DNA of 64,000 bases from Thermoplasmata archaeon (GTDB lineage: Archaea > Thermoplasmatota > Thermoplasmata > Lutacidiplasmatales > UBA184), in the NCBI GenBank assembly GCA_028864975.1, contig JAGWLG010000001.1:128001-192000 (forward strand), read 5' to 3'. Position numbers and translations under genes: made by a program. Under the pieces are notes generated by a model that did no database searches, was not told where the DNA came from, and was given only the letters and a program-made list of their open reading frames with translations. Of the stretch, positions 46,739-55,710 are shown piece by piece (positions within the stretch are counted from its first letter, which is position 1; each line of letters opens with the position of its first letter).

Positions 46739-47296
46739 ATGCATGAGAAGCTCGTCTCCGATGCCATGACCCGCCCGGTCCGATTCGTCCGGCCCGAAGA
46801 TACCCTGGCGACGGCCGCCGGAATCATGCGGGAGCACCATATCTCGGGGCTTCCCGTCCTGGACCCCGATGGCAAGCTCTGTGGCATTATCAGCGAACGC
46901 GACATTGTCAAGGAGCTGCACAAGGCAACGGGAGTGGGGTCTCCGCGAGGTCTCCTCGACATCATTCTGGAGGCTCCGAGCGTCGGAGGGGTTTCCTCCC
47001 TCGAGGCGACTCGTCGGAGGCTGCAGCATGCCCGGGTGGAGGAGGCGATGTCGGGGCGGCCAGTGACGGTCGACGCCGACGATACCTTGGAGGAGGCGAT
47101 CCGGATCTTCCGGCAGTACAGTGTGAACCGCCTGCCGGTCATGGACAAGGAGAGGATGGTGGGTATCCTCACGCGACAGGACGCCATCATCGCGCTCGCC
47201 GGTGAAGTGCGCCGAAGCGCGAACCTTCCCACACGCTTGATTCCTCAGGCACACCCAGGGCGGCCCAGGTTGGTCACTCCCTCTTCCCGAGGTTGA
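46739..47296 (+). CDS. CBS-pair protein 2
   Basis: HHISGLPVLD...GIISERDI and VNRLPVM...VGILTRQD. Confidence 0.92.
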   Translation: MHEKLVSDAMTRPVRFVRPEDTLATAAGIMREHHISGLPVLDPDGKLCGIISERDIVKELHKATGVGSPRGLLDIILEAPSVGGVSSLEATRRRLQHARVEEAMSGRPVTVDADDTLEEAIRIFRQYSVNRLPVMDKERMVGILTRQDAIIALAGEVRRSANLPTRLIPQAHPGRPRLVTPSSRG

Positions 47297-47327
47297 AGCG
47301 CTTCTCGTAGAACACGGAGGTGAAAGC

Positions 47328-47849
47328 ATGGCCAAGAACTCCCCCAGTTCCATAGTCGTCTGCGTGGACGGGTCGGCACCGGCGGAAGAAGCGTTCGAAC
47401 AGGCACTCGACCTATGTTTGAAGCTCGGGCGCCCGATGCAGGTGGTGACCGTCGTGCCTTCCGCGAACATCTACTACCTCACGGGGCCTCCTCCCGCCGT
47501 CCCGGACGAAGAACAGGTCCGCTACCACTGGGAGCTCGCAGCTCGGTACGTCGAACGCGCAAAGGCGCGGGGTGTGAAAGAGGCGGGATTCGTCGTCCTG
47601 GATGGGAACCCCGTGGACGCCATCCTGGACCACCTGGAGCGGGAGCCTATCGAGCTCTTGGTCGTGGGCGCTCGGGGACTCTCGAGGACCCAGAGGCTGC
47701 TCCTGGGCAGCGTCTCCTCCGCGCTCGTCCAGCAGGCGAAGTGCTCCATCCTGGTCGCGAAGGTCAAGGTGCGAGGGGTCTCGGCCGCGACGGACCTCGA
47801 CCGGTCTCCCCAGAAGACGAGGCGGGTCGAAGCGGCTCCCTTCGCGTGA
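47328..47849 (+). CDS. Universal stress protein (UspA family)
   Basis: IVVCVDGS...A...A...GNPVDAI...LLVVGARG...LLLGSVSSALVQQAKCSILV. SD GGAGGTGA. Confidence 0.93.
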   Translation: MAKNSPSSIVVCVDGSAPAEEAFEQALDLCLKLGRPMQVVTVVPSANIYYLTGPPPAVPDEEQVRYHWELAARYVERAKARGVKEAGFVVLDGNPVDAILDHLEREPIELLVVGARGLSRTQRLLLGSVSSALVQQAKCSILVAKVKVRGVSAATDLDRSPQKTRRVEAAPFA

Positions 47850-47892
47850 GCTGAGGCATCTGGGCCGCTGAAGATCCAACGTTCTGGGTGGC

Positions 47893-48456
47893 CTACGGCT
47901 CCGCGATGGGCCAGTGGCCCAGTAGGTCCCGCCGTGTGACGATTCCCACCAGGCGTCCGCCCTCAACCACCGGGAGGCGGTTCACCCTTCGTGCCTTCAT
48001 GCGCCGGACGGCCTCTCCCAGGGGTGCCGATGCATCGATGGTCTCAGCTGGGGAGGTCATCGCATCCTCGGCCTTGAGCGAGCGCAACCCCTCTCGGAGG
48101 TCGCGCATCGCATCCGGGCGGCTCCATGGCGAGGTCGGGAGTAGCAGATCGAGAACCTCCAGGGGACGAGAGGTCAGCCAGCGAGACCCCACCGAGTGAG
48201 CGATATCCCTCTCGCTGAGCACGCCGAGCACCTGCCCATCCAGAGCCACGACAGGTGCTCCGGAGACCCCTCCGTTGCGGAGACGCGCAAGGGCCACCGC
48301 CAGATTGTCCTGGGGTGCGATCTGCACGACCGGGACGTTCATGGCCTCCCGCACCGTGACGTACGGAAGGAGAGGAGAAGCACCGATCAAGGTCGTGGCG
48401 GTGCGAGTCCCCGCGGCTCCACGAGAGGAGCTCCGTAGGTGCGAGGCCGTCCTCAT
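47893..48456 (-). CDS. CBS-pair protein 3
   Basis: VSGAPVV...GVLSERDI and VNRLPVVEGGRLVGIVTRRD. Confidence 0.9.
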   Translation of the reverse strand: MRTASHLRSSSRGAAGTRTATTLIGASPLLPYVTVREAMNVPVVQIAPQDNLAVALARLRNGGVSGAPVVALDGQVLGVLSERDIAHSVGSRWLTSRPLEVLDLLLPTSPWSRPDAMRDLREGLRSLKAEDAMTSPAETIDASAPLGEAVRRMKARRVNRLPVVEGGRLVGIVTRRDLLGHWPIAEP

Positions 48457-49010
48457 GCGGGTATCACCGCCTGCACCCTCCCCCGGGGTGCCGCGCGCGC
48501 AGCCTCCGTCTCCCTCGCCCCCGAGAGCGCCCGAATCAGGTCGGTCCTGGTGATGATCCCGACGAGCCTTCCGTTCGAGTCGACCACGGGCAGACGATTG
48601 ATCCGCCGTCCCACCATCAGCTCAGCGGCTTCCCGGATCGAACCGCCCGCGTTGATGGTTACCGCCGGTGAGGTCATGCAGGACCCGACCCGAAGATGCC
48701 GCAACCGATTGATCACGAGCTGGAAGGGGTCTCGGCTGTCGTCACGGGGAGCGCGCAGGAACATCTCCAAGAACCCTGGTAGGGAGTCAACGCCTTTCAC
48801 TGGAGACAGGCTACGAGCCACGTCGATCTCGCTCACGACCGCCACCAGCTTCCCGTCGGGATCCAGGACGGGAAACCCCGCGATCCGAAGCGCCTTCATC
48901 CGAGCGACGACGAGGTCGAGAGTGTCGGAAACTAGGACCGTCGTCACGTTCCCGCTCATGTACCGATCTACCCGTTCGACGAGGACGCTCGAGCCCGATT
49001 CGCTCTGCAT
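48453..49010 (-). CDS. CBS-pair protein 4
   Basis: ATG 49010 with SD GGTGAGGAG; IAGFPVLD...VVSEID and INRLPVVD...VGIITRTD. Confidence 0.9.
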   Translation of the reverse strand: MQSESGSSVLVERVDRYMSGNVTTVLVSDTLDLVVARMKALRIAGFPVLDPDGKLVAVVSEIDVARSLSPVKGVDSLPGFLEMFLRAPRDDSRDPFQLVINRLRHLRVGSCMTSPAVTINAGGSIREAAELMVGRRINRLPVVDSNGRLVGIITRTDLIRALSGARETEAARAAPRGRVQAVIPA

Positions 49011-49069
49011 GTTGCTCCTCACCTTCCTCCCACGTACCTGGAGACCGAGACCCCGTGCCCACCGATTCC

Positions 49070-49447
49070 TTACGCTCCTATGGGCTGATTGACGACTACG
49101 TTGGTCAGGTCGAAGATCTCCTCCAGGAACCTCGGCACGTTCAAGGGGAGATGGATCACCCGGAGCATCCCGTGAGAGCGAAGGTGGGCATCGCGCGAGC
49201 CGACCACCACCAGGGGAAGGTCCGACAAGCTCCCGTTGATCCACCCCTGGACCGCAGGGCTATAGTGACCGTTCGAAGCGACCACGAGCAACATGGTCTC
49301 TTGGCCGCGAGATCTCGAAACGAGCGGCCGTGCTTCGCTCAGGTCCCGGGCGCAGCAGACCCGATATCCCTCCGCTTCGAAGAGGTCGGTCAGCCCTGCC
49401 CCTAGCGAGGGGCTCTCGTTGATGATCACCAGCGTGGCTCTCGGCAT
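49070..49447 (-). CDS. Stand-alone pseudo-receiver (REC-like) protein lacking the phosphoacceptor Asp
   Basis: TLVIINES...LTDLFEAEGYRV..A.DLSEA...LLVVASN...LPLVVVG...IHLPLNV has REC topology with the catalytic D and K absent. Confidence 0.6.
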   Translation of the reverse strand: MPRATLVIINESPSLGAGLTDLFEAEGYRVCCARDLSEARPLVSRSRGQETMLLVVASNGHYSPAVQGWINGSLSDLPLVVVGSRDAHLRSHGMLRVIHLPLNVPRFLEEIFDLTNVVVNQPIGA

Positions 49448-49483
49448 CCAAACCACCACCCCGGAGGGTGAGAAGAACACCTC

Positions 49484-49499
49484 GTCAATCCGAATCCAC
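49484..49499. promoter_or_regulatory. Regulon operator site 4
   Basis: GTCAA TCCGAA TCCAC; exactly 36 nt before ATG 49447 (minus strand). Confidence 0.8.
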
Positions 49500-49566
49500 C
49501 TCAGCGGGGGCTGCCCACCCTCCCCGCCCCCCCTGCTACCCTGTCGGGAGGCTCTATGGGGGAACC

Positions 49567-51054
49567 ATGGTTACCTCCACAGCCGTGACGGGGTCGGAGC
49601 GTCTCCAACTGGTGGAGCGCCTGCTAGCTGAGGCTCCATGCGGCGTGGCGGTCGTCCAAGAACCCTGCGAGCTCGTCTGGGCCAACGAGAGGTTCATCTC
49701 GGTCACCGGCCGACCTCGGACCCACATGCCCGCCGACCTTCGGCAAGTCGAGCGTCTTCAGGGAGGCCCTGTCGTGAGAGCCCTTGAGCAGGCGCTCAAG
49801 GAGGGGCGGTCCGTGACCATTCCCGACGTTCTTCTCGTGTCCCGCCCGTCGGTGAGGTACGCGGACATCCACATCTGGCCCCTTCCAGGACCGACCAACG
49901 AACCTCGGATGGTCGTGGCGACGCTCTACGACCAGACCGAGCGCGTCGCGGACCGGGCCCGAGCGCGCCTCTTCTACGAGTCGTTCCTCACTTCGTCGAA
50001 CGCGATCGAGGTCACGGATCGCTCCGGGGTCCTCGTCGACGTGAACCCTGCGTTCGAACGCGTGTATGGGTACACTCGGGCGGAATGCATCGGGAAGAAG
50101 CCCAGCCTCGTTCGGAGCAGGAAGACCCCTCCCGAGCTCTACGAGAAGATGTGGAAAGACCTGACAGACCCGACGATCGGCCACTGGTCCGGAGAGATCG
50201 CCAACCGCGACCGGCGGGGGCATGACCGCCAGGTCTTCCTAACCATCACCGCCATCCGCGATGAGTTGGGGGAGATCACCCACTATCTCGGCGTAGCCGT
50301 GGACCTCACGCAGCAAAAGGCGTGGGAGCAAGGCGCAGCGCACGCCGAGCGTCTCGCATCCCTGGGAAGGGTCGCCGCGGGCGTTGCCCATGAGATCAAC
50401 ACTCCCCTCGCGAACATTCTTCTCGTGGCGGAGAGCATCCGTCGGAGGACCCAAGACCCCTGGATGATCTCCCGGGTCGCTGCGATGTCCTCCCAGGTCG
50501 AGGTCGCGGCCAAGATCGTCCGGAGCCTATTGGAGTTCTCACGAAGGAGCGAGCCACACTTCCAGGAGCTCGATCTCGTCAGGGTCGCCAAGGACGCGGT
50601 AGAGTTCCTGCAGGGGAAGCAGTCCGCCGACGTCGAGGTGTCGGAGCGCTATCCCTCCGGACCTGTCGCCATCCACGGTGACCGTGGCCAGCTCATTCAG
50701 GTTCTGACGAACATCCTCAATAACGCGTACGAAGCGATCGAGGGCGCAGGACGGATCACGCTCGAGGTCCGCGAGGACCATGGCTCCGCGGTCGTGATCA
50801 TTTCCGACTCCGGGAAGGGCATCGCCCCGGAGGCGCTCCCGCACATCTTCGAGCCGTTCTTCACGACCAAGGAGGAGGGAAAAGGCACAGGGCTTGGGCT
50901 GGCGATCTGTCACGGGATCGTTCAGTCGCACCAGGGGACCATTCTCGCGGAGAACATCCCCCAAGGAGGGGCGGCGTTCACCATACGGATCCCGTTGAGA
51001 ACGCCTCCCCCTCCGGGCTCGACGTTGGACGAACCCCCGGCGATCCATCGGTAG
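49567..51054 (+). CDS. Cytoplasmic PAS-PAS sensor histidine kinase
   Basis: Two PAS-like domains, H-box AGVAHEINTPL, N-box QVLTNILNNA, DSGKGI, IFEPFFTTK and GTGLGL; no TM segment. Start ATG 49567. Confidence 0.95.
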   Translation: MVTSTAVTGSERLQLVERLLAEAPCGVAVVQEPCELVWANERFISVTGRPRTHMPADLRQVERLQGGPVVRALEQALKEGRSVTIPDVLLVSRPSVRYADIHIWPLPGPTNEPRMVVATLYDQTERVADRARARLFYESFLTSSNAIEVTDRSGVLVDVNPAFERVYGYTRAECIGKKPSLVRSRKTPPELYEKMWKDLTDPTIGHWSGEIANRDRRGHDRQVFLTITAIRDELGEITHYLGVAVDLTQQKAWEQGAAHAERLASLGRVAAGVAHEINTPLANILLVAESIRRRTQDPWMISRVAAMSSQVEVAAKIVRSLLEFSRRSEPHFQELDLVRVAKDAVEFLQGKQSADVEVSERYPSGPVAIHGDRGQLIQVLTNILNNAYEAIEGAGRITLEVREDHGSAVVIISDSGKGIAPEALPHIFEPFFTTKEEGKGTGLGLAICHGIVQSHQGTILAENIPQGGAAFTIRIPLRTPPPPGSTLDEPPAIHR

Positions 51055-51059
51055 GGAGA

Positions 51060-51083
51060 GACGAGCGGGGACCTCCGCTCGTC
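51060..51083 (+). terminator. Perfect 9-bp hairpin after the kinase stop
   Basis: GACGAGCGG-GGACCT-CCGCTCGTC. No U-tract follows, so its function is uncertain. Confidence 0.35.
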
Positions 51084-51096
51084 AATTCGGATTGAC
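51081..51096. promoter_or_regulatory. Regulon operator site 5 (perfect palindrome; upstream of the response regulator)
   Basis: GTCAAT-TCGG-ATTGAC; 8 nt upstream of GAAATA and exactly 36 nt before ATG 51133. Confidence 0.85.
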
Positions 51097-51132
51097 CCCG
51101 CGAGGAAATACGCGTGAACTATCCTTCTCTTG

Positions 51133-52305
51133 ATGACCCGGCCAGGTTCCGTCCCGTTGGAGGGTCAACTCCTTGAACGACCCGCCTCTCCGGACGAGCA
51201 GCGCTCCGCTCCCAGGTTCGCGCCCGCGGTCGCACCAACCCTTAAGACCCCTTCCCCGGGTGCGGCCCCTGTGCAGGTCCTCGTCGTCGACGATGATGCC
51301 ATGTTCCGCGAGGAGCTCGCCGAGCTCCTGAAGGGGGAGGGCCACCGCGTCCACACCGCTCCCTCCGTTCAGAAGGCCGTCGAGGAGCTGGAGCAGCAGG
51401 ACTTTGATGTGGTCCTGACCGACCTGAAGATGCCCCGCCACAGCGGCCTCGAGCTCCTCACCCAGGTCCGGCAACGCTGGCCACGCACCCTTGTCGTCAT
51501 GATCACAGGGTTCGCCACGGTCGAGACGGCGGTGGCAGCCATGAAGGCCGGGGCGTTCGACTACGTCCGCAAACCGTTCCAGATCGAGCAGGTTCGGAAG
51601 GTCCTGGAACTTGCCGGTCAGGAGCTCCAGTTCCAGGCGGGTGGACAGGATGCGCCCGACATCGATTCCCTCGCCCGGACCTGGGTGAGGAAGAAGGGGC
51701 TCGACGTCCTCATGGTCACCCAGCGAACCCCCCATCCACACCCGGGGATCACGGTCTTCGCCGCGGACCTCGCGAATCCCTCGAGGATCCGGGAGGTCGT
51801 GGACTCCTTCGTTCTGCCTCGGGAGAAGGCGGCGGTCATCCTCGAGAGAGCGGACCAACTGATCCAAGGCCACCGCCGCCAGGACATCGTCGACTTCCTG
51901 AGCGACCTTCGAGGCAAGCTCGAGAAGAAGGGACCCTTCGTCGTGACCTTCGACCCCAAGCAGATCACGGTCGGGGACCTCAAGGAGGTCCGAGCCGCGG
52001 TCGTCGCACCCAACACGCATGCGACGCTCGAGGCGTTGGCGAACCCCCTACGACGCTCCGTGCTGCGGAGGGTGGCTCAGGGTCCTTGCTCCTTCACCCA
52101 GGCCATGCAAGCCGTGGGTCTCGACGATTCACCCAAGCTCTCCTTCCATCTCCGTCGGCTCGTCGAGGAGGGATTGCTGACCCACCAGGATGAGGAATAT
52201 CGGATCACCCCTAAGGGCTCGGAGACCGCGAAGCTCCTGGCAGAGATCGACGAGCTATCGACCGCCTTCACCGACGGCAACGCGGTCGTTCCCGCACGTC
52301 TCTGA
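51133..52305 (+). CDS. Response regulator: REC + DUF835/KaiC-like middle domain + C-terminal winged HTH
   Basis: VLVVDDD...DVVLTDLKMP...VMITG...YVRKPF is an intact REC. Middle VILERADQLI...IVDFLSDLRG...FDP resembles DUF835. C-terminal LEALANPLRRSVLRRV...SFTQAM...SPKLSFHLRRLVEEGLL...YRITPKG is an ArsR-like wHTH. Confidence 0.88.
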   Translation: MTRPGSVPLEGQLLERPASPDEQRSAPRFAPAVAPTLKTPSPGAAPVQVLVVDDDAMFREELAELLKGEGHRVHTAPSVQKAVEELEQQDFDVVLTDLKMPRHSGLELLTQVRQRWPRTLVVMITGFATVETAVAAMKAGAFDYVRKPFQIEQVRKVLELAGQELQFQAGGQDAPDIDSLARTWVRKKGLDVLMVTQRTPHPHPGITVFAADLANPSRIREVVDSFVLPREKAAVILERADQLIQGHRRQDIVDFLSDLRGKLEKKGPFVVTFDPKQITVGDLKEVRAAVVAPNTHATLEALANPLRRSVLRRVAQGPCSFTQAMQAVGLDDSPKLSFHLRRLVEEGLLTHQDEEYRITPKGSETAKLLAEIDELSTAFTDGNAVVPARL

Positions 52306-52336
52306 TCCTCCGAGCTCGCCCGGCCCTCCCTCGGGC

Positions 52337-52352
52337 GTGGCGCCGGGTCCAC
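52337..52352. promoter_or_regulatory. Regulon operator site 6 (1 mismatch)
   Basis: GTGGC GCCGGG TCCAC; 8 nt upstream of CAAATC and 45 nt before GTG 52398. Confidence 0.55.
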
Positions 52353-52397
52353 TCACGGCTCAAATCGTGCTCCCGGCGATGTCCTAGGCGGGGCTAT

Positions 52398-53111
52398 GTG
52401 ATGTCGACCCGCTCCCTCGCCCACACTCCCGCGTTCGCGGACCGCTACGAGGCCGGTCGGCTCCTCGCGTACCAGATGCGACACCTCTCCGACGAGGCCC
52501 CGATCGTGCTTGCCCTCCCCCGAGGCGGGGTTCCGTTGGGGTACGAGGTGGCACGCGGCCTCACCGCACCGCTCGACCTTCTCCTCGTCCGAAAGATCCC
52601 CGCTCCGGGCCGTCCTGAGCTGACCGTTGGGGTCGTAGGAGAGGGTGGGGCGGTGCGCATCGACGAGGCCGTGGTGCGAGAACACCACATCCGATGGGGT
52701 GACCTCGACGAGGTGATCCTTCACGAGCAGGAGGAGATCGAGCGTCAAGCGTGGAAGTACTATCGGGGCCGCCCTCGCATCGGCGTCAAGGACCGGGTCG
52801 TGGTGCTCGTTGATGATGGGGTCGGCACGGGGCGGACAGCGACCTTCGCGATCGAGGGGCTGCGACGGGATTCTCCCAAGAAGGTCGTCCTCGGTGTGGG
52901 CGTCGTCGCCCCCGAGGCCTACCCCGGCCTCCTCCGGATCACGGATGGGGTCTACAGCCCTCTTGTCCCCGGGCTCTTCCACTCCATCGGTGAGTGGTAT
53001 CGCGAGTTCGAACCGATAGGGGAACTTGAGATCGAGAGGCTCCTGCAGGAGATCCATCACTTGCACGACGCGGATGCCCTCCCCGTCCCCCAGCGGGCCC
53101 GGGTCGCGTAG
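52398..53111 (+). CDS. Phosphoribosyltransferase-like protein
   Basis: FADRYEAGRLLA...VLALPRGGVP...LVRKIPAPGRPE and VVVLVDDGVGTG PRPP-binding motif. Confidence 0.9.
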   Translation: MMSTRSLAHTPAFADRYEAGRLLAYQMRHLSDEAPIVLALPRGGVPLGYEVARGLTAPLDLLLVRKIPAPGRPELTVGVVGEGGAVRIDEAVVREHHIRWGDLDEVILHEQEEIERQAWKYYRGRPRIGVKDRVVVLVDDGVGTGRTATFAIEGLRRDSPKKVVLGVGVVAPEAYPGLLRITDGVYSPLVPGLFHSIGEWYREFEPIGELEIERLLQEIHHLHDADALPVPQRARVA

Positions 53112-53145
53112 CCGGCCGACCTCCCCGGGCCTCCGACGGCGGTCC

Positions 53146-54849
53146 TCAGCGAACCCCCGTGATATCTCCGAGGTCCGAAAGATCAACGTCCAGGGCCGCG
53201 GGGAGCCGTGGCAGTCCCGGCATGAGCGATATCTGCCCTGTCGTTGCGACGAGATAGCCCGCACCCGTACGAGGGAGCACGCGCCGGACCGCGATTCGAT
53301 AGCCGCGAGGACGTCCGCGGACATGAGGGTCGTCAGAAAGCGAGAGCTGGGTCTTGGCGACGCAGACCGGCAGCCCTCCGAGACCCATCGCGCGCACCTC
53401 GTCGAGGTCGCTCTTGGCCTCCGGAGAGAGGTCCACCCCGTCGGCCCCGTAGATCTCACGCGCGAGGACCGTGAGTTTCTCCTCGGCGTCGAGCGAGGGG
53501 GGAAGGAGCGGACGGCCGGTCCGGCCCTTCCGGGTCGCCTCCAAGACCCGCTCGGCCAATTCGAGCGCCCCTGAGCCCCCCTTCTCGTAAGCCACGGACT
53601 CGGCGAAGCTCGCCCCGCGATCATCGCAGAACCTGGCGACCTCTCGCACCTCTTCGGGACGGTCTCCCGGGAAACGGTTCAGGGCGACCACCGCAGAGAG
53701 CCCCAGCTTCTCCACGTTCTCGAGATGCTTCTCGAGGTTGGGCAATCCCGCGCGCACGGCTGTGAGGTTCGGCTCGAGGGGTCGATCGGGATCACCTCCC
53801 CCGTGCGAACGAAGCGCGGGAAGGGTGACCACGATGACGGCAGCCTCGACCGGGAGGTGGCCCAGCGGGCTCACCAGGTCCATGAACTTCTCCGCCCCCA
53901 GGTCGGATCCGAAGCCGGTCTCGACAAGACATACGTCCGAGAGCGCGCGGGCCATCCTGATCGAAAGGAGGCTCGCCGTGCCGTGGGCGATGTTCGCAAA
54001 GGGACCGGTGTGAACGAACGCGGGAGACCCTTCCGATGTCTGGACCAGGTTCGGTTGGAAGGCGTCCCGAAGCAGGGCCAGCATCGCCCCCTGCGCACGT
54101 AGGTCCCTCGCAAAGAAGGGGCCTCGTCCCTTGAGGCGTCCTACGAGGATCCTCCCGAGTCGCTCGCGAAGGTCCTGGTGGTCCCCAGCAAGCCCCAGGA
54201 CCGCCATCACCTCCGAAGCCGCCGTGATCACGAAGTTCTCTTCTCTCTCGGGACCGCTCCCCGGGCCGGCGCCCATCCCGATCCGAAGGTGGCGTAACGC
54301 ACGGTCGTCGAGGTCCATGGTCCGCGGCCAATCGATGCGCTTGGGATCCAGGGGAGGGTCGAGCTGGTGGTGGAGATGATTGTCGAGGAGGGCCGAGAGA
54401 AGGTTGTGGGCCGAGGCGACAGCAGAGGCATCCCCCGGGAATCCGAGGTTGATTTCCGCGGAGGGCTCAACGGTCGCTCGCCCGCCGCCTGCGCCACCCC
54501 CCTTGAGGCCGAGGGTGGGGCCCAGGGAAGGCTGCCGGAGACAAACGGTGGAACGGTAGCCCAAGGTGTGGAAGGCCATGGCCAGGCCGATGGAGGTGAC
54601 GGTCTTTCCTTCGCCGTGGCTCGTGGGCGTCATCGAGGTGACCAGGATGAGCTTCCCGCGGGATGTGGAGGAGCGTTCGAGCTCGGGAAGCAGTGTAGCG
54701 GGGACCTTCGCGCAGCCTCGGCCGTACGGGACGATCCTCTGCGGATCCAGGCCGAGATCGAGGGCGACCTGGGCCATCGGGCGCAGCCCTGGCCGTGCTC
54801 CGCCCTCTCGCGGCGGCGTGCCTCGGAGGCGCTCGGAGGTGGTCATCAA
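53146..54849 (-). CDS. fhs: Formate--tetrahydrofolate ligase
   Basis: TPTSHGEGKTVT, LRQPSLGP..GLKGGGAGGG, FVITAASEVMA, HTGPFANIAHG, ETGFGSDLGAEKF, VAKTQLSLSDDP and MPGLP. Confidence 0.95.
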   Translation of the reverse strand: MMTTSERLRGTPPREGGARPGLRPMAQVALDLGLDPQRIVPYGRGCAKVPATLLPELERSSTSRGKLILVTSMTPTSHGEGKTVTSIGLAMAFHTLGYRSTVCLRQPSLGPTLGLKGGGAGGGRATVEPSAEINLGFPGDASAVASAHNLLSALLDNHLHHQLDPPLDPKRIDWPRTMDLDDRALRHLRIGMGAGPGSGPEREENFVITAASEVMAVLGLAGDHQDLRERLGRILVGRLKGRGPFFARDLRAQGAMLALLRDAFQPNLVQTSEGSPAFVHTGPFANIAHGTASLLSIRMARALSDVCLVETGFGSDLGAEKFMDLVSPLGHLPVEAAVIVVTLPALRSHGGGDPDRPLEPNLTAVRAGLPNLEKHLENVEKLGLSAVVALNRFPGDRPEEVREVARFCDDRGASFAESVAYEKGGSGALELAERVLEATRKGRTGRPLLPPSLDAEEKLTVLAREIYGADGVDLSPEAKSDLDEVRAMGLGGLPVCVAKTQLSLSDDPHVRGRPRGYRIAVRRVLPRTGAGYLVATTGQISLMPGLPRLPAALDVDLSDLGDITGVR

Positions 54850-55685
54850 TGATCTCCGCTCGCGCGCCGTCCGTCCTTGGCGTCGATGGCTCCGACCAGC
54901 ATCCGAGCCGCGGGGGGCGCGACCAGTGGCTGGGTCCTCTCCAGGAATCCGGTCACCTTGCCCCGGAGCTGCTGAAACTCCTCCAGCGCCGAATCCATCG
55001 TTTCACGCCAGGCCTTCAGCGAATCTTCCGTGACATGGAGGGGAAGACACGTGCGCGCGTAATCCTCCTCATAACCTTCCCACGAAAGCTCGGCGACCGC
55101 TTCGTTCCTGAGGTCAACGCCGAGAAGGTTCCGGTACATGGCAGGGCGCTCCTCGTACCCGGAGAGGAGGACGCGCACGGATGCCAGTCGTCGCTCTGCC
55201 CGCTCCGGCTCACCCTCGATAAGGGCCATCGGAAGGAAGCAGGCTTGGGCATGCTCCTCGGACATGCCCGCCACCGCGAACTGCCGGATGTGCACGTCAT
55301 GGAGCTTCAAGACGTATTCCTGCAGAAGGCCTAGACCTTCCCTAAGGATGGCGACGGGGACGTCCGAACCGGAGAGCATGCGTTGTCCGATCTCTGCGAA
55401 CCGGTGTAGCAGGGGCTCAAGGATCCGCGAGCGCTCCTCGCGCAGTTCTTGCTGAAGCACTCCGAGGAGGTTCCCGACCGGCAACTTCGTCTCGCCCGCG
55501 CGCTTCGCCGTCGGAAGGCTCCGACGGCTCCTTCGTCGTGTCCGTAAGATACGTTGTTCGAGCCTGGGGAAAGGACGGAAGCGGTGTTCAGGGGACCGGA
55601 GCGCTGTTGCGTTGTCCACCAACTCGGAGGGATGCGGTTTCTTTCCTGACTGGACGTCCCCGGTCGGGAGCACATCGTCGTTCAT
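54846..55685 (-). CDS. Degenerate hemerythrin-like (HHE) protein
   Basis: Four-helix hemerythrin-like pattern (L..E...I...L...G..V....LREGL..L..Y...LH) with most His ligands substituted. ATG 55685; stop overlaps the fhs start. Confidence 0.5.
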   Translation of the reverse strand: MNDDVLPTGDVQSGKKPHPSELVDNATALRSPEHRFRPFPRLEQRILRTRRRSRRSLPTAKRAGETKLPVGNLLGVLQQELREERSRILEPLLHRFAEIGQRMLSGSDVPVAILREGLGLLQEYVLKLHDVHIRQFAVAGMSEEHAQACFLPMALIEGEPERAERRLASVRVLLSGYEERPAMYRNLLGVDLRNEAVAELSWEGYEEDYARTCLPLHVTEDSLKAWRETMDSALEEFQQLRGKVTGFLERTQPLVAPPAARMLVGAIDAKDGRRASGDH

Positions 55686-55710
55686 GGGGGCCGCTCCCTT
55701 AGGCCAGAAA

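Noticed and set aside
49500-49566. Operator control of the histidine kinase, osmC and ilvE promoters
   Set aside because: No motif at the characteristic 36-47-nt spacing; ilvE has a canonical TTTAAG box and is treated as an embedded housekeeping gene.
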